From Candidatus Omnitrophota bacterium (GTDB taxonomy: Bacteria; Omnitrophota; Gorgyraeia; Gygaellales; Profunditerraquicolaceae): a DNA stretch of 64,000 nucleotides. The position numbers and the translations under genes are program-made. Shown here piece after piece: positions 18,827-28,897 of this stretch. The notes below the pieces were generated by a model. The model saw only the letters and a program-made list of their open reading frames with translations, searched no databases and was not told where the DNA came from. Position 1 is the first letter of the stretch. Each line of letters begins with the position of its first letter. The DNA lies in the NCBI GenBank assembly GCA_016867115.1, contig VGKG01000001.1, positions 29,237-93,236 on the forward strand, given 5' to 3'.

Positions 18827-19915
18827 CTACCTTATCTTAAGCGTCACTATCGTCATCAGGGCCAGGAGCCCGGCGATGATCCAGAACCTGACGATCACCT
18901 TATTCTCCTTCCAGTCAAGAAACTGAAAATGATGATGCAGGGGGGCGATCTTAAAAAGCCGCTTCTTGAAAAACTTAAAAGTTCCCACCTGCAGGATGAC
19001 TGAAAGGGCCTCCAGCACAAAGATTCCGCCTACTACCATAAGCAGGAGCTCTTTTTTGATCATCAAGGCTACGGTCCCGATTGCACCACCGAGGGCCAGA
19101 GACCCGACATCGCCCATAAACACGGAGGCCGGGTAACAATTAAACCATAGGAATCCGAGGCTGGCTCCGATGATGCTGGAGCAGAATACGGTCAGCTCTG
19201 CGCCTGACTTGATATAAGGAATAAGCAGGTATTCGCTAAAACGCATGTTTCCTGAGACATAAGAAAGTATGGCAAAGGCCACCGCCACCATCACCATGAT
19301 CCCGGCAGCCAGGCCGTCAAGGCCGTCAGTAAGGTTAACTGCGTTGGAAGACCCGGTGATGACCAGCATGACAAACACGATATAGAGGCCGTCAAGATTC
19401 ACGGAGACGTCTTTTAAAAAGGGAAAATCCAGCCTGATGCTGTTCTGCGGCTCAAGGTAGAGGATGGTCCCCAGGATCAGCCCCAGGACGATCTGGCTGG
19501 TCAATTTAGTAGTGGCGGCAAGGCCTTTGGCCTGCTTCTTTACCTGTTTCAGATAATCGTCGATAAACCCCGTGATCCCCAGCCAGAGGATGACGAACAG
19601 GCATACCAGGATATATTTGTTAAGTATATCCGCCCATAAAACAGTGGAAATGATTATCGCAGCCAGGATCAAAACTCCGCCCATAGTCGGTGTGCCTGCC
19701 TTACCGCTATGCAGTTCGTCCAGCCGCAGGCTATCCTGCTTATTGATCTTCTCTCCGATCTTCAATCTCTTTAGCTTCCTGATCACAAAGGGGCCGAAGA
19801 TCAGGCTCAATAAAAAGGCGGTCAGTGCCGCCATTGCCGAGCGGAAGGTGATATAACGGAAGAGGTTAAAAAAGGTGAAGGTATCGTGTAAAGGAAAAAG
19901 CAGGTAATAGAGCAT
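18827..19915 (-). CDS. mraY: Phospho-N-acetylmuramoyl-pentapeptide transferase
   Basis: 362-aa polytopic membrane protein with MraY motifs (NAVNLTDGLDGLA; the HHHFQ/HHH region). Confidence 0.9.
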   Translation of the reverse strand: MLYYLLFPLHDTFTFFNLFRYITFRSAMAALTAFLLSLIFGPFVIRKLKRLKIGEKINKQDSLRLDELHSGKAGTPTMGGVLILAAIIISTVLWADILNKYILVCLFVILWLGITGFIDDYLKQVKKQAKGLAATTKLTSQIVLGLILGTILYLEPQNSIRLDFPFLKDVSVNLDGLYIVFVMLVITGSSNAVNLTDGLDGLAAGIMVMVAVAFAILSYVSGNMRFSEYLLIPYIKSGAELTVFCSSIIGASLGFLWFNCYPASVFMGDVGSLALGGAIGTVALMIKKELLLMVVGGIFVLEALSVILQVGTFKFFKKRLFKIAPLHHHFQFLDWKENKVIVRFWIIAGLLALMTIVTLKIR

Positions 19916-21274
19916 TTAAGTCAGGATCTCCTCAAGTTTCATGGAACGCGAGCCCTTGACCAGCACCACATCATCCGCAGAGGGCGCTATTTTTTCAAAA
20001 AGGGCTTTACGCGCCTCAAGATTCGAGCTACAAAAATAAATTCTTCCTGAGTCAAAACCCAGGGCTTTCGCTTCTTCTGCCGCAAAGTGCGAGAGTTTCC
20101 CCACGGCGACAAATACGTCGCAGGATGAGGCCGCCAGCCTCCCAGCCTGGCGGTGAAAGTCTTCTGACCGGCCCCCTAATTCCAGCATGTCTCCCATTAC
20201 CAGGACCTTCCTGCCTTTAGAATCAAAATTGCGCAGGGCCTCAAGCGCCATGGCAAACGAGACAGGATTCGAATTATAAGTATCATTGATGAACTTGACG
20301 CGGTTCAGCTCTATCAGATTCAGGCGGCTCCGGGGGAACTTAAAAGTAGCCAGGCGCCGCGCAATCGTCCCGTAATCAAGCCCCAGGAGCCTGGCTGCGG
20401 CAACGGCTATCAGCGCATTATAAACATTATGCCGGCCGAGGGTATTCAGGCAAAATCCGTTCCTGCCGTTGACCGCGAACTCCAGGCCCCCTCCCTGCGG
20501 GCCAAAGAACCGGCCTTTGAAGTCGCATTTGTTTCTCACGCCGAAACTAAAGGTAAGGGGCCTTTTCTTTTGCGAAGAAATGATCTTCTCAAGCATCGCA
20601 TCATCTGCGTTTAAAAGCGAGATAAAAGGCGCTTCCAGGTACCTTAAAAGAGAACTCTTTTCTCGTAAGACCCCGGAGAGGTCCCTGAGAAACTCAAGAT
20701 GCGAATGGCCGATATTAGTGATAGCGCAGATGTTCGGCCGGCAGATCGAGGCAAGATATTCGATCTCGCCGAAATGGTTCGTGCCTGCCTCTAAAACACA
20801 GCAATCATAAGCGTCATCCAGTTTCAGCAACGTCTGGGGCAGGCCGATATGATTGTTCTTTGTGCCCTCATTCTTTAAAACTTTATACCTGGCGCTTAGT
20901 ACATGCGCAAGCATCTCCTTGGTAGTGGTCTTGCCGTTACTTCCGGTAATGGCGATCACTACGCCGGAGAACTTCTTTCTCCGGGCCCTTGCGATATCTC
21001 CCAGGGCCCTAGTCGTATCTCTTACCTGAAGGAATGCCGGCCCGCGCTTAGTCAACCCCTTAGGTATTGTCTCGGCAATGACGATACTGGCCCCTTTATC
21101 AATAACGTCTTTGATAAAATCGTGCCCGTCAAAGTTATCGCCTCTTAGCGCAATAAAAGCTTCGCCCGGACGGATCAGCCGGGAATCAGTAGAGATGCCC
21201 GTAGCCGAGGCGCGCTCATTCCCGCCTGCCGATTTTGCGGCCGCAGCCCCTATGAGTTCAGTTGTCTTATACAT
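19916..21274 (-). CDS. murF: UDP-MurNAc-tripeptide--D-alanyl-D-alanine ligase
   Basis: 452 aa, Mur ligase with P-loop GSNGKTTTKE. Confidence 0.88.
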   Translation of the reverse strand: MYKTTELIGAAAAKSAGGNERASATGISTDSRLIRPGEAFIALRGDNFDGHDFIKDVIDKGASIVIAETIPKGLTKRGPAFLQVRDTTRALGDIARARRKKFSGVVIAITGSNGKTTTKEMLAHVLSARYKVLKNEGTKNNHIGLPQTLLKLDDAYDCCVLEAGTNHFGEIEYLASICRPNICAITNIGHSHLEFLRDLSGVLREKSSLLRYLEAPFISLLNADDAMLEKIISSQKKRPLTFSFGVRNKCDFKGRFFGPQGGGLEFAVNGRNGFCLNTLGRHNVYNALIAVAAARLLGLDYGTIARRLATFKFPRSRLNLIELNRVKFINDTYNSNPVSFAMALEALRNFDSKGRKVLVMGDMLELGGRSEDFHRQAGRLAASSCDVFVAVGKLSHFAAEEAKALGFDSGRIYFCSSNLEARKALFEKIAPSADDVVLVKGSRSMKLEEILT

Positions 21275-22716
21275 TTACGGATGACTTCGCGGTCGTCAAA
21301 GGCGATCGTCTGCTCTTTAATGACCTGATAATTCTCATGCCCCTTTCCGGCAACCAGGATGATGTCTCCGGGCTTAGCCAGGGACAAAGATTCCCTGATC
21401 GCCAGCTCCCTCTCCGGGATCACGCAGTAGTTTGATTTTTTTATCCCACGCCTGATATCCGCGATGATCTCTTCCGGCTCTTCTGAGCGGGGATTGTCGC
21501 TGGTGATGATGGCATAATCCGAAAGCTGGGTCACTACCCTGCCCATCTTCGGACGCTTAGCCTTATCGCGTTCTCCGCCGCAGCCGAAGACCACGATCAG
21601 CCGGTTCTTGGAAAGCGGCCTGAGGGTACGGATGACATTATCCAGCGCATCTTCGGTGTGCGCGTAATCTACAAAGACCTCAAAGTCCCGGGGGATGTTC
21701 ACTTTTTCCAGCCTCCCCGGGACGGCTGAAAATTTCTCGATTGCCCGCTGAATATCCCTGATCCCGAATCCGGAGCGCAGGGCCCAGGCGAATGCCGCCA
21801 GGACATTTAAGACATTGTGCCTGCCGATAAGGTTTGTTTTCACTCTTATCGACTCGCCTAAGACAGAAATACTGAACTCCGTGTGCGCAATGTCGTAATT
21901 AATGCCCGAGGCGCGCACATCTGCCGGGCTGTCTATGGCATAAGTGACTACTTCCGCGGCGGTAAGAGAGCTTATCTTCCTTCCGTATCTGTCGTCGTTA
22001 TTGGTGACGGCAAATGCATCGGCCCTCAACCCCTCAAAAAGCCTGGCCTTGCTCTTAAAATAATTCGCTAAAGTCTTATGGTAATCCAGGTGATCCTGGG
22101 TAAGGTTGGTAAAGATAGCGGAATGAAAGGTTATCCCTTCTGTCCTTGCCTGGTCCAGGGCGTGCGAAGAGACTTCCATCGCCAGATAATCCGCCCCCCG
22201 GTTGCTCATATCGGCAAGCATCGCCTGCAGTTCCACCGGGCCGGGGGTGGTGTTTTTTGAGACGGCGGATTCGCCCCCGAAACGGTAGTTGATCGTGCCG
22301 ATCACAGCCGGCTGCCCGCCGCACTCTTTGATTATCGCCTCCAGGATATAGGTGAGCGTGGTCTTGCCGTTGGTGCCGGTGATACCGACGACCTTCACTT
22401 TTTGCGAAGGATAACCGTAGAACTTCGCCGCAAGCAGGCCAAGCGCAAGACGTGTATCGCTGACTCCGATAAAAGAGGCCCCCTTATGATCTCTGAACGG
22501 CCGGACGTGCGGACTATGCACGACCACCGCCTTTGCTCCCCTGGCGATCGCCTCGGCGATGAACTTATTGCCGTCCTGGCGGTTCCCTTTGATAGCCACA
22601 AAGACAAACCCCTTATCCACAGAGCGGGAATCACAGGTAACGCCCATGACTTCAAAATCCGGGATGCCTCTGGCCGTAGACTTACCTAATGTTTTAACGA
22701 GCTCTTTTATCTTCAT
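21250..22716 (-). CDS. murE: UDP-MurNAc-L-Ala-D-Glu--2,6-diaminopimelate ligase
   Basis: 488 aa, Mur ligase with P-loop GTNGKTT and DNPR motif (meso-DAP type). Confidence 0.88.
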   Translation of the reverse strand: MKIKELVKTLGKSTARGIPDFEVMGVTCDSRSVDKGFVFVAIKGNRQDGNKFIAEAIARGAKAVVVHSPHVRPFRDHKGASFIGVSDTRLALGLLAAKFYGYPSQKVKVVGITGTNGKTTLTYILEAIIKECGGQPAVIGTINYRFGGESAVSKNTTPGPVELQAMLADMSNRGADYLAMEVSSHALDQARTEGITFHSAIFTNLTQDHLDYHKTLANYFKSKARLFEGLRADAFAVTNNDDRYGRKISSLTAAEVVTYAIDSPADVRASGINYDIAHTEFSISVLGESIRVKTNLIGRHNVLNVLAAFAWALRSGFGIRDIQRAIEKFSAVPGRLEKVNIPRDFEVFVDYAHTEDALDNVIRTLRPLSKNRLIVVFGCGGERDKAKRPKMGRVVTQLSDYAIITSDNPRSEEPEEIIADIRRGIKKSNYCVIPERELAIRESLSLAKPGDIILVAGKGHENYQVIKEQTIAFDDREVIRKCIRQLNS

Positions 22717-24418
22717 TTAAAGCGACTCTTTCTGCCGTAGGGAGCTTTGCTTTAAGATAACGGATCGTATCGCCGGCTACGTTTTTAAAGACCGGGGCAG
22801 CCACCACTCCGCCGAAATAATAGGGACGGGGCTCATCCACGCAGACCACAATAGCCACCAGCGGCTCTTCCGCCGGAGCAAAACCTATGAATGAAGCGAC
22901 AAACTTGCTATGAGAGTAAGTGCCGTTAGGTTCCACTTTCTGCGCGGTGCCCGTCTTTCCCGCAGCGGTAAAGCCTTTGACCTTGGCTGATTTACCTGTC
23001 CCTTCTTCTATTACGCCGGTAAGGATCTTCCTGGCCCGGTCTGCGGTTTGAGCAGAGATGACCTTGCGCCCGGGTTCGGGGATAAACTCCCTGATCACCG
23101 TACCGTGTTTATCACGGATCTCCTGTACGATATAAGGCCTGACATATTCTCCGCCGTTGGCGATGGCCGAGACCGCACTGGCCAGCTGCATACTCGTCAC
23201 CCCTACTTCCTGTCCGATAGGGATAGCACCGATTGAGACCTTAGACCAGAAGCGCGGTTCTTTAGCCATGCCGGAGATCTCACCCGGCAGGTCCACGCCT
23301 GTCTTCTGGCCGAAGCCGAAGAGTTTTATGTAGTGATAGAGTGCATCCGGCCCCAGGATCTGCGCGACCTTGGTCGTGCCGATATTGCTCGACTCTTCGA
23401 TAACCTGCCGGAAAGTAAGCCAGCCGTGCGGCTGGTGATCGTGAAGGATGTGCGGCCCGACGCGGTAGGAGCCGTTCTCGCAAAAGAACCTGTCCTCCTC
23501 ACTTACCTTGTTCTCTTCAAGGGCGGCTGCGGCAGTGACTATTTTAAAGACCGAACCCGGCTCAAAAAGGTCGCAGACAGCGCGGTTACGGATCTCATCC
23601 TTTGTGGCACGGTTTGCGTGATTCGGATCAAAGGTAGGACGGTTAGCCAGGGCCAGGATCGCTCCGGTATAAGGATCCATGACGATAATCGTGGCTGCGC
23701 GGGCACGGTAAGTCTGATAGGCCTTATCCAACTCCCTCTCGGCGATGAACTGGATGACCTCATCAATGGTCAATACCAAATCAAGGCCGTCTTTGGGCAG
23801 GACCATCTTCTCCCAGAGGTCTAACTTCTTCTGGCGCGCATCGCGTAAATACACGGCCCAGCCCGGCTCTCCGCGCAGGTAGCGGTCATAATACATCTCA
23901 AGCCCTTCAAGCCCGGAATTATCCAGGCCGGCAAAACCGAGGACCTGGCTTTCCATGAAGCCGTTAGGATAAGAACGCCTGCTCTCCCTGATTAACCCCA
24001 GGCCTTTGAGTTTAAGCTTCTTTATCTGGTCTGCCTGCTGTGGAGTGACCTTGCGGGCGATCCAGATGAAAGATTTTTTCCGGGAAAGCCTGTCGCGCAC
24101 GTAGGCAGGATTTAAATCTAGAAGGGGCGAGACCTTAAGGATGATCGCTTCCTTCTCTTTATCGGAGAGTTCGTTTGGCGAGGCAAAAAGGGAATCCGCG
24201 GGCAGATTTATGGCCTGAGGCTTGAGGTTACAGTCAAAAATCGTGCCTCTTAAAGGCTCAAGCTCAACGAAGAGATTGTGTTGTTTTCGGGCGATCGTAG
24301 CAAGGTAGGCGGAACGGAAGAACTGGATGTAGAAAAGCCGGCCGATGCAAAGGAATAGAAAAGAAAGAAAAAAGAGGAATACCGCCTTGTTCCTGGCGCG
24401 ATAGTTGCTTATATACAC
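22694..24418 (-). CDS. ftsI: Peptidoglycan D,D-transpeptidase FtsI (class B PBP)
   Basis: 574 aa with an N-terminal TM helix, PBP dimerisation domain and transpeptidase motifs (SVFK, SSN, KTGT). Confidence 0.88.
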   Translation of the reverse strand: MYISNYRARNKAVFLFFLSFLFLCIGRLFYIQFFRSAYLATIARKQHNLFVELEPLRGTIFDCNLKPQAINLPADSLFASPNELSDKEKEAIILKVSPLLDLNPAYVRDRLSRKKSFIWIARKVTPQQADQIKKLKLKGLGLIRESRRSYPNGFMESQVLGFAGLDNSGLEGLEMYYDRYLRGEPGWAVYLRDARQKKLDLWEKMVLPKDGLDLVLTIDEVIQFIAERELDKAYQTYRARAATIIVMDPYTGAILALANRPTFDPNHANRATKDEIRNRAVCDLFEPGSVFKIVTAAAALEENKVSEEDRFFCENGSYRVGPHILHDHQPHGWLTFRQVIEESSNIGTTKVAQILGPDALYHYIKLFGFGQKTGVDLPGEISGMAKEPRFWSKVSIGAIPIGQEVGVTSMQLASAVSAIANGGEYVRPYIVQEIRDKHGTVIREFIPEPGRKVISAQTADRARKILTGVIEEGTGKSAKVKGFTAAGKTGTAQKVEPNGTYSHSKFVASFIGFAPAEEPLVAIVVCVDEPRPYYFGGVVAAPVFKNVAGDTIRYLKAKLPTAERVALNEDKRAR

Positions 24419-24463
24419 CGTGATTTGAGATTGACCTGAGCGCCCCTGAAAGAGGCGCGCAAA

Positions 24464-24832
24464 TTAAGGATTGATCGTTCTTGCCTCGGCCTGCCTCTTG
24501 ATACCGAAGAAGCGCGAAAAGAGCGTTTCCCGGAGAGCAGGGCCTTGCGCCAGCTTCAGGGAATTCCTGGCGGGCCTGACCCTGACCAACCGGTAAGTAT
24601 CGGGCATCTGGAATTCGGTAGAGCCTGAGATCCTGTTGCCGATCTCAACCAGGGAAGCCTTTCTTTGTATATTGTAACGCAGAACCGCGTTTTTATCAAG
24701 TAAATCATCGACAGAAGACTGCCTCTTCTGGCCCATGTAGGCCATGCGGAAGACCTCTGTCTGCTGGTAGACATAAAGGAGGCTGAAGCAGGTCACACAG
24801 CTGACTATGGCAAGAAAACGGGACACTCTCAT
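24464..24832 (-). CDS. ftsL: Cell division protein FtsL-like
   Basis: 122 aa, single TM (FLAIVSCVTCFSLLYVY) followed by a short periplasmic region; position between rsmH and ftsI. Confidence 0.65.
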   Translation of the reverse strand: MRVSRFLAIVSCVTCFSLLYVYQQTEVFRMAYMGQKRQSSVDDLLDKNAVLRYNIQRKASLVEIGNRISGSTEFQMPDTYRLVRVRPARNSLKLAQGPALRETLFSRFFGIKRQAEARTINP

Positions 24833-25755
24833 ATCTTCTCCGCTGCCCTCAGTTTGGCGCTGCGGCTTAACGGGTTAGTCTCGACTTCCGCCTGCGAAGG
24901 CGTCTTGGGTTTCGGGGTGATGACCTCAATCGCTCCGCTTGCAGAAAGGCGCTTAAAAGTGTGCTTGGCGATACGGTCTTCAAGCGAATGAAAAGAGATC
25001 ACACAGATACGCCCGCCCCTATTCAGGAGACCGACCGCCTTTTCTATCGCCGGCTCCAGGATCTCCAGTTCCCGGTTGACCGCGATGCGCACCGCCTGAA
25101 AAGTGCGGGTCGCCGGATGTATTCGCTGATATTTATAACGGTAACGTCCGGGGATGGACCGTAATACTATATTCACCAGTTGCTGCGTAGTCGAGATCGG
25201 ATGCCTCTGTCTTTCTTCCACGATCAAGCGGGCAATACGCCTGTGCCATCTCTCTTCGCCGAAGTTCCACAGGAGTGCGGAGATCTCTTCTTCGTTAAGG
25301 TTATTAAGCAGGTCGTAAGCGGAAATGTAACTGTCTCTATCCATGCGCATGTCTAACGGCGCATCTACCTGAAAACTAAAACCCCGGCGCGGATCTGCGA
25401 GCTGAAAGCTTGAGATGCCCAGGTCAAACAGTATGCCGTCGACCCTATTGACCTTCAGTCTATTCAGTATCTCATCAAGCCGGGTGAAGTTCCCGTGCAC
25501 AAAATTACAGGAATCGCTGTACCTGATCAGCCTCATCCGTGCAGTCTCCAGCGACTCTTTATCCCGGTCAATAGCGATGGCGCGCCCTCCCGGCATGATA
25601 CGCTCCAGAATCGCCAGGGTATGCCCGCCTGTTCCGCAGGTGGCGTCGACTATGGTCTTCCCCGGCCCGAGATTCAGGCGGGTAATCACCTCTTCGAGCA
25701 TCACCGGGATATGATATTTATTTTCCACTTGCGTTCCGTCCAGCGTAGCGAGCAT
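24829..25755 (-). CDS. rsmH: 16S rRNA (cytosine1402-N4)-methyltransferase
   Basis: 308 aa with an RsmH/MraW family N-terminus (YHIPVMLEEV...DATCGTGGHT). Confidence 0.9.
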   Translation of the reverse strand: MLATLDGTQVENKYHIPVMLEEVITRLNLGPGKTIVDATCGTGGHTLAILERIMPGGRAIAIDRDKESLETARMRLIRYSDSCNFVHGNFTRLDEILNRLKVNRVDGILFDLGISSFQLADPRRGFSFQVDAPLDMRMDRDSYISAYDLLNNLNEEEISALLWNFGEERWHRRIARLIVEERQRHPISTTQQLVNIVLRSIPGRYRYKYQRIHPATRTFQAVRIAVNRELEILEPAIEKAVGLLNRGGRICVISFHSLEDRIAKHTFKRLSASGAIEVITPKPKTPSQAEVETNPLSRSAKLRAAEKI

Positions 25756-25756
25756 T

Positions 25757-26194
25757 TTAAGCCTGCGTCAGATTTTCGGCAATCTCTTCGTAAGCCTGCC
25801 GGGAATTGCCGTAAAATTCCTGCCACTTATCCTTCGACCATATTTCGATTAGATTGGAGACGCCTACGATGCAGACGTCTTTTTTGATGCCCGCAAAATC
25901 CTTTAAGAACTGCGGGATGAGGATCCTGCCCTGCCTGTCCGGGACCACGTCGATGGCTCCGGAAAAAAAGATACGGTTGAAGGTGCGCGATTTCTTATCG
26001 GTAAAAGGCATGGCCTTGAACTTGGCCTCCTGCTTTTTCCATTCCTCTTCTGCGAACATATAGAGGCAGTTGTCCATGCCGCGGGTGACGAAAAACTTTT
26101 CGATGAAGTTTGCCTTTGAGGCTTCGCGAAATTTGGCAGGCAAGATTAGACGACCTTTACGGTCTATGGAATGTAAATATTCGCCATAGAACAT
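25757..26194 (-). CDS. mraZ: Transcriptional regulator MraZ
   Basis: 145 aa, two MraZ/SpoVT-AbrB-like half domains (MFYGEY...DRKGRLILPAKFR); first gene of the dcw cluster. Confidence 0.9.
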   Translation of the reverse strand: MFYGEYLHSIDRKGRLILPAKFREASKANFIEKFFVTRGMDNCLYMFAEEEWKKQEAKFKAMPFTDKKSRTFNRIFFSGAIDVVPDRQGRILIPQFLKDFAGIKKDVCIVGVSNLIEIWSKDKWQEFYGNSRQAYEEIAENLTQA

Positions 26195-26212
26195 GGCTTA
26201 AGGACCCTCCTC

Positions 26213-26274
26213 CCACTTTCCTCCACTTTGTGCCACTTTGATGAGATTTTAATAAAAAATCAGCCTTTTGTCAA
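26213..26274 (-). promoter_or_regulatory. mraZ promoter with three direct MraZ-box repeats (AAAGTGG, 10-bp periodicity) just downstream of the -10
   Basis: Minus strand reads TTGACA, 17 nt, TAAAAT, ctcatc, AAAGTGG cac AAAGTGG agg AAAGTGG gaggagg, then ATG. Boxes at 26213-19, 26223-29 and 26233-39. This matches the described MraZ operator architecture of direct repeats overlapping the TSS. Confidence 0.7.
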
Positions 26275-26374
26275 GAAAAATATTTTCCTAACTTACTGAA
26301 AAACAACAAGTAGTGGCTAATTATTCAGGGGGCGCAATATATGGGGGTATGTTTAAGGAGGGAAAAGGACTTTG

Positions 26375-27265
26375 TTAAACTGCTTTAATATCTTTGGCGA
26401 TCTGGCGGATAAGATTTGAAAGGGAAGAAAACTTTCTTTCTCCTCTTATCTTTTTAAGGAAACGGATTTCAAGGTCCCTGCCGTAAATTTTTCTGGCGAA
26501 ATCGAGGATATGTACTTCCACGTGGATATGTTTATATTTTCTTTTTCCGAGGGTGGGCCGGCTGCCGATGTAACAAACTCCTTTGTAAGTTCTATCGCCG
26601 AAAACTACCCTTACCGCATAGACGCCGCAGGGCGGGATGACTTCATGGTGCGGATTGATATTAGAGGTGGCGTATCCGAGCCACCTGCCTAAAGCATTCC
26701 CCCTGATCACTGTCCCCAGGATGCTCACCGGACGGCCGAGGAGCTTTTGCGCATCCTCAAGCCGGCCTTTCTTAATGAGCCTTCGGATATAAGTGCTGCT
26801 GATGGGTTTACCCGCGACTTTAAGGACAGAGAAACCTTTGACTTTAAAATCATGTACCCGGGAGAGCTTCTCTAGGGTCTTAAAGTCGCCTTTCGCATTC
26901 CTGCCGAAGCGGAAGTTCTTTCCGACGTAAACTGTATTTACCCCGATATGTCCAACCAGTATTTTTTTAATAAAATCTTCGGGCGTTATGCGGCCAAAAT
27001 CAGGAGTGAAGTTTATCACTATGCAGGCATCGACACTGAGCAATGCGATTAACCTCAGGCGATGCTCCAGAGAGTAAATCGCCTCTTCTTTCTGCGGATG
27101 CGGCCAAAAGGTCATGGCTATGCTCGTTCCGCCGATCTGCCGCGCCCTCCTGGCTGCAGCCTGCAGGATCTGCCTGTGGCCCAGATGTAGGCCGTCAAAA
27201 ACCCCGAGTGCTGCCACCGGATTTTTAAATTTTCTGAGCTGATTGATGCCGTGGAAAATGATCAT
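26375..27265 (-). CDS. ribF: Bifunctional riboflavin kinase / FMN adenylyltransferase
   Basis: 296 aa with an FAD synthetase N-terminal domain (GVFDGLHLGHRQIL) and riboflavin kinase C-terminal domain. Confidence 0.88.
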   Translation of the reverse strand: MIIFHGINQLRKFKNPVAALGVFDGLHLGHRQILQAAARRARQIGGTSIAMTFWPHPQKEEAIYSLEHRLRLIALLSVDACIVINFTPDFGRITPEDFIKKILVGHIGVNTVYVGKNFRFGRNAKGDFKTLEKLSRVHDFKVKGFSVLKVAGKPISSTYIRRLIKKGRLEDAQKLLGRPVSILGTVIRGNALGRWLGYATSNINPHHEVIPPCGVYAVRVVFGDRTYKGVCYIGSRPTLGKRKYKHIHVEVHILDFARKIYGRDLEIRFLKKIRGERKFSSLSNLIRQIAKDIKAV

Positions 27266-28234
27266 CTAGAGGCTTTCTTTGATCCTGGCGAGGATCTTCT
27301 TCCTTACGGTGTCAAGCTTTCCGCGGACTGTGGCCCCGCTTGCGGTGCGGTGGCCGCCTCCGCCGAAATGGGAAGCGATTCTATTCACGTCGACCTTACC
27401 CTGCGAGCGCAGGTTCACGCGAATCTCATCCTTCACCCCGAGGTTCTCTTTGAAAAGTGCGACCACCTCCACGCCCTTGACCGCCCGGGCAAAGCTTAAG
27501 ATGTGTTCGGTCAAGTCAAAGGAGAGTTTTCTGTTTTTAAGGAGGTCCTGCCGGATACTGCACCAGGCAAGCCTGCCCTTTGCCTCGAGCCGGATACAGG
27601 GAAGGATCTTGATCAGAAGCTGCATATCGCTAAAAGGAATATTCTCATAGACGCTCTTATAGATAAAGGGGATGTCCAGTTTGAACTTAAGGAGCTCTGC
27701 GGCGATGCGGTGGGTCGTGGCTGTGGCATTGGGATAACGGAATGATCCGGTATCCACCATGATCCCGGCATAAAGGCAGGTTGCAGCCTCCCTATCCAGG
27801 GGCACGCCTAATTTTTTATAAAGCTCAAAGATCATCTCGGCGCACGATGAGGCATGAGGCTTGACCCAGTTCACCTCTGCGAACTTTTCATTGCTGATGT
27901 GGTGGTCGATGTTCAGTACCGGTTTATTTTCCGAATTCAGGCGGTAGACCTCTCCGGTGCGCCGGAGATCCGAACAATCAAGCACGGTGAAGCAATCGAA
28001 TTTAAAACGCCGCGAATAACGGTTGAGCCTGGTCACCTTGTCCATGTCCGGAAAAAAATCATAGCCGAAAGGAAGCGGATCTTCGTTTATGATCAATCCG
28101 CTCTTGCCCATCTTCCTGACCAGGCGCAGGAATGCCAGTTCCGAACCCAGGGCATCCCCTTCAAGGTTGGTATGGGCGGTGATCAGAAAATTCTTATACT
28201 TTCTTACGGCTGCGGCGCACTTTTGTAGCGACAC
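27266..28234 (-). CDS. nrnA: DHH/DHHA1 phosphoesterase, NrnA-like nanoRNase / pAp phosphatase
   Basis: 322 aa with the DHH motif (NIDHHISNEKF) and DHHA1 motif (GGGGHRTASGAT). Confidence 0.8.
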   Translation of the reverse strand: MSLQKCAAAVRKYKNFLITAHTNLEGDALGSELAFLRLVRKMGKSGLIINEDPLPFGYDFFPDMDKVTRLNRYSRRFKFDCFTVLDCSDLRRTGEVYRLNSENKPVLNIDHHISNEKFAEVNWVKPHASSCAEMIFELYKKLGVPLDREAATCLYAGIMVDTGSFRYPNATATTHRIAAELLKFKLDIPFIYKSVYENIPFSDMQLLIKILPCIRLEAKGRLAWCSIRQDLLKNRKLSFDLTEHILSFARAVKGVEVVALFKENLGVKDEIRVNLRSQGKVDVNRIASHFGGGGHRTASGATVRGKLDTVRKKILARIKESL

Positions 28235-28616
28235 TCTTTCTTCCCCTTTTTGTTTTTAGCGGAGGCGTTTTCTCCGCATCATCTTCCTTGATCTTATCCA
28301 GGACCTCCTGGATACGCACGCTGTATTCGCTGGAGTGGTCCTCATAGAAGATGATCTCCGGGGCAAAGCGCAGGTTTATCCGTTCGGCGATCAGCATGCG
28401 GATATAGCCTAAAGCCGAATCCAGGGCGTCTTTGGTCTTCTTGAAATCTTCGGGCTTACCCAGGACACTAAAGTAGATCTTGGCTATCCTCAGATCCGGC
28501 GCCATCTCCACCCGCGTGACCGTGACAAATCCCAGGCGCGGGTCCTTTAATTTATCGTGGATGATTAAACTTGCCTCCTGCCTGACCGCCTCAGCAACCT
28601 TGTCTATCCTTGACAT
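28194..28616 (-). CDS. rbfA: Ribosome-binding factor A
   Basis: 140 aa, RbfA KH-like fold (RIDKVAEAVRQEASLII...VTRVEMAPDLRIAKIYF) plus a basic C-terminal tail. Confidence 0.88.
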   Translation of the reverse strand: MSRIDKVAEAVRQEASLIIHDKLKDPRLGFVTVTRVEMAPDLRIAKIYFSVLGKPEDFKKTKDALDSALGYIRMLIAERINLRFAPEIIFYEDHSSEYSVRIQEVLDKIKEDDAEKTPPLKTKRGRKSVATKVRRSRKKV

Positions 28617-28897
28617 TATAGCAGCTCCGTTTCATGGTTAATTAACTGCACCCTTGAGAAATCTTCCACAAAATCGATGACTTTTGACAGAGTGCTATCC
28701 ATGCTTCTCCTGTCCCGCTCTACGCCTACAATAGCAAAGGTGGCCTTCTGCCATTTGTCTTCATCTCCTATCTGGGCAAGCGCCACATTAAAATTATTGC
28801 GTAGTCTGGCCTTCAGGCTATGCAGGACGAACCTCTTTTCTTTCAACGAACTGCTCTCCGGGATGAAAAGTTCAAGTCTCAGTATGCCTATAGTCAT
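28616..28897 (-). CDS. DUF503 (YlxP-like) protein
   Basis: 93 aa beginning MTIGILRLELFIPESSSLKEKR, typical of DUF503; often found adjacent to rbfA/infB. Confidence 0.75.
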   Translation of the reverse strand: MTIGILRLELFIPESSSLKEKRFVLHSLKARLRNNFNVALAQIGDEDKWQKATFAIVGVERDRRSMDSTLSKVIDFVEDFSRVQLINHETELL

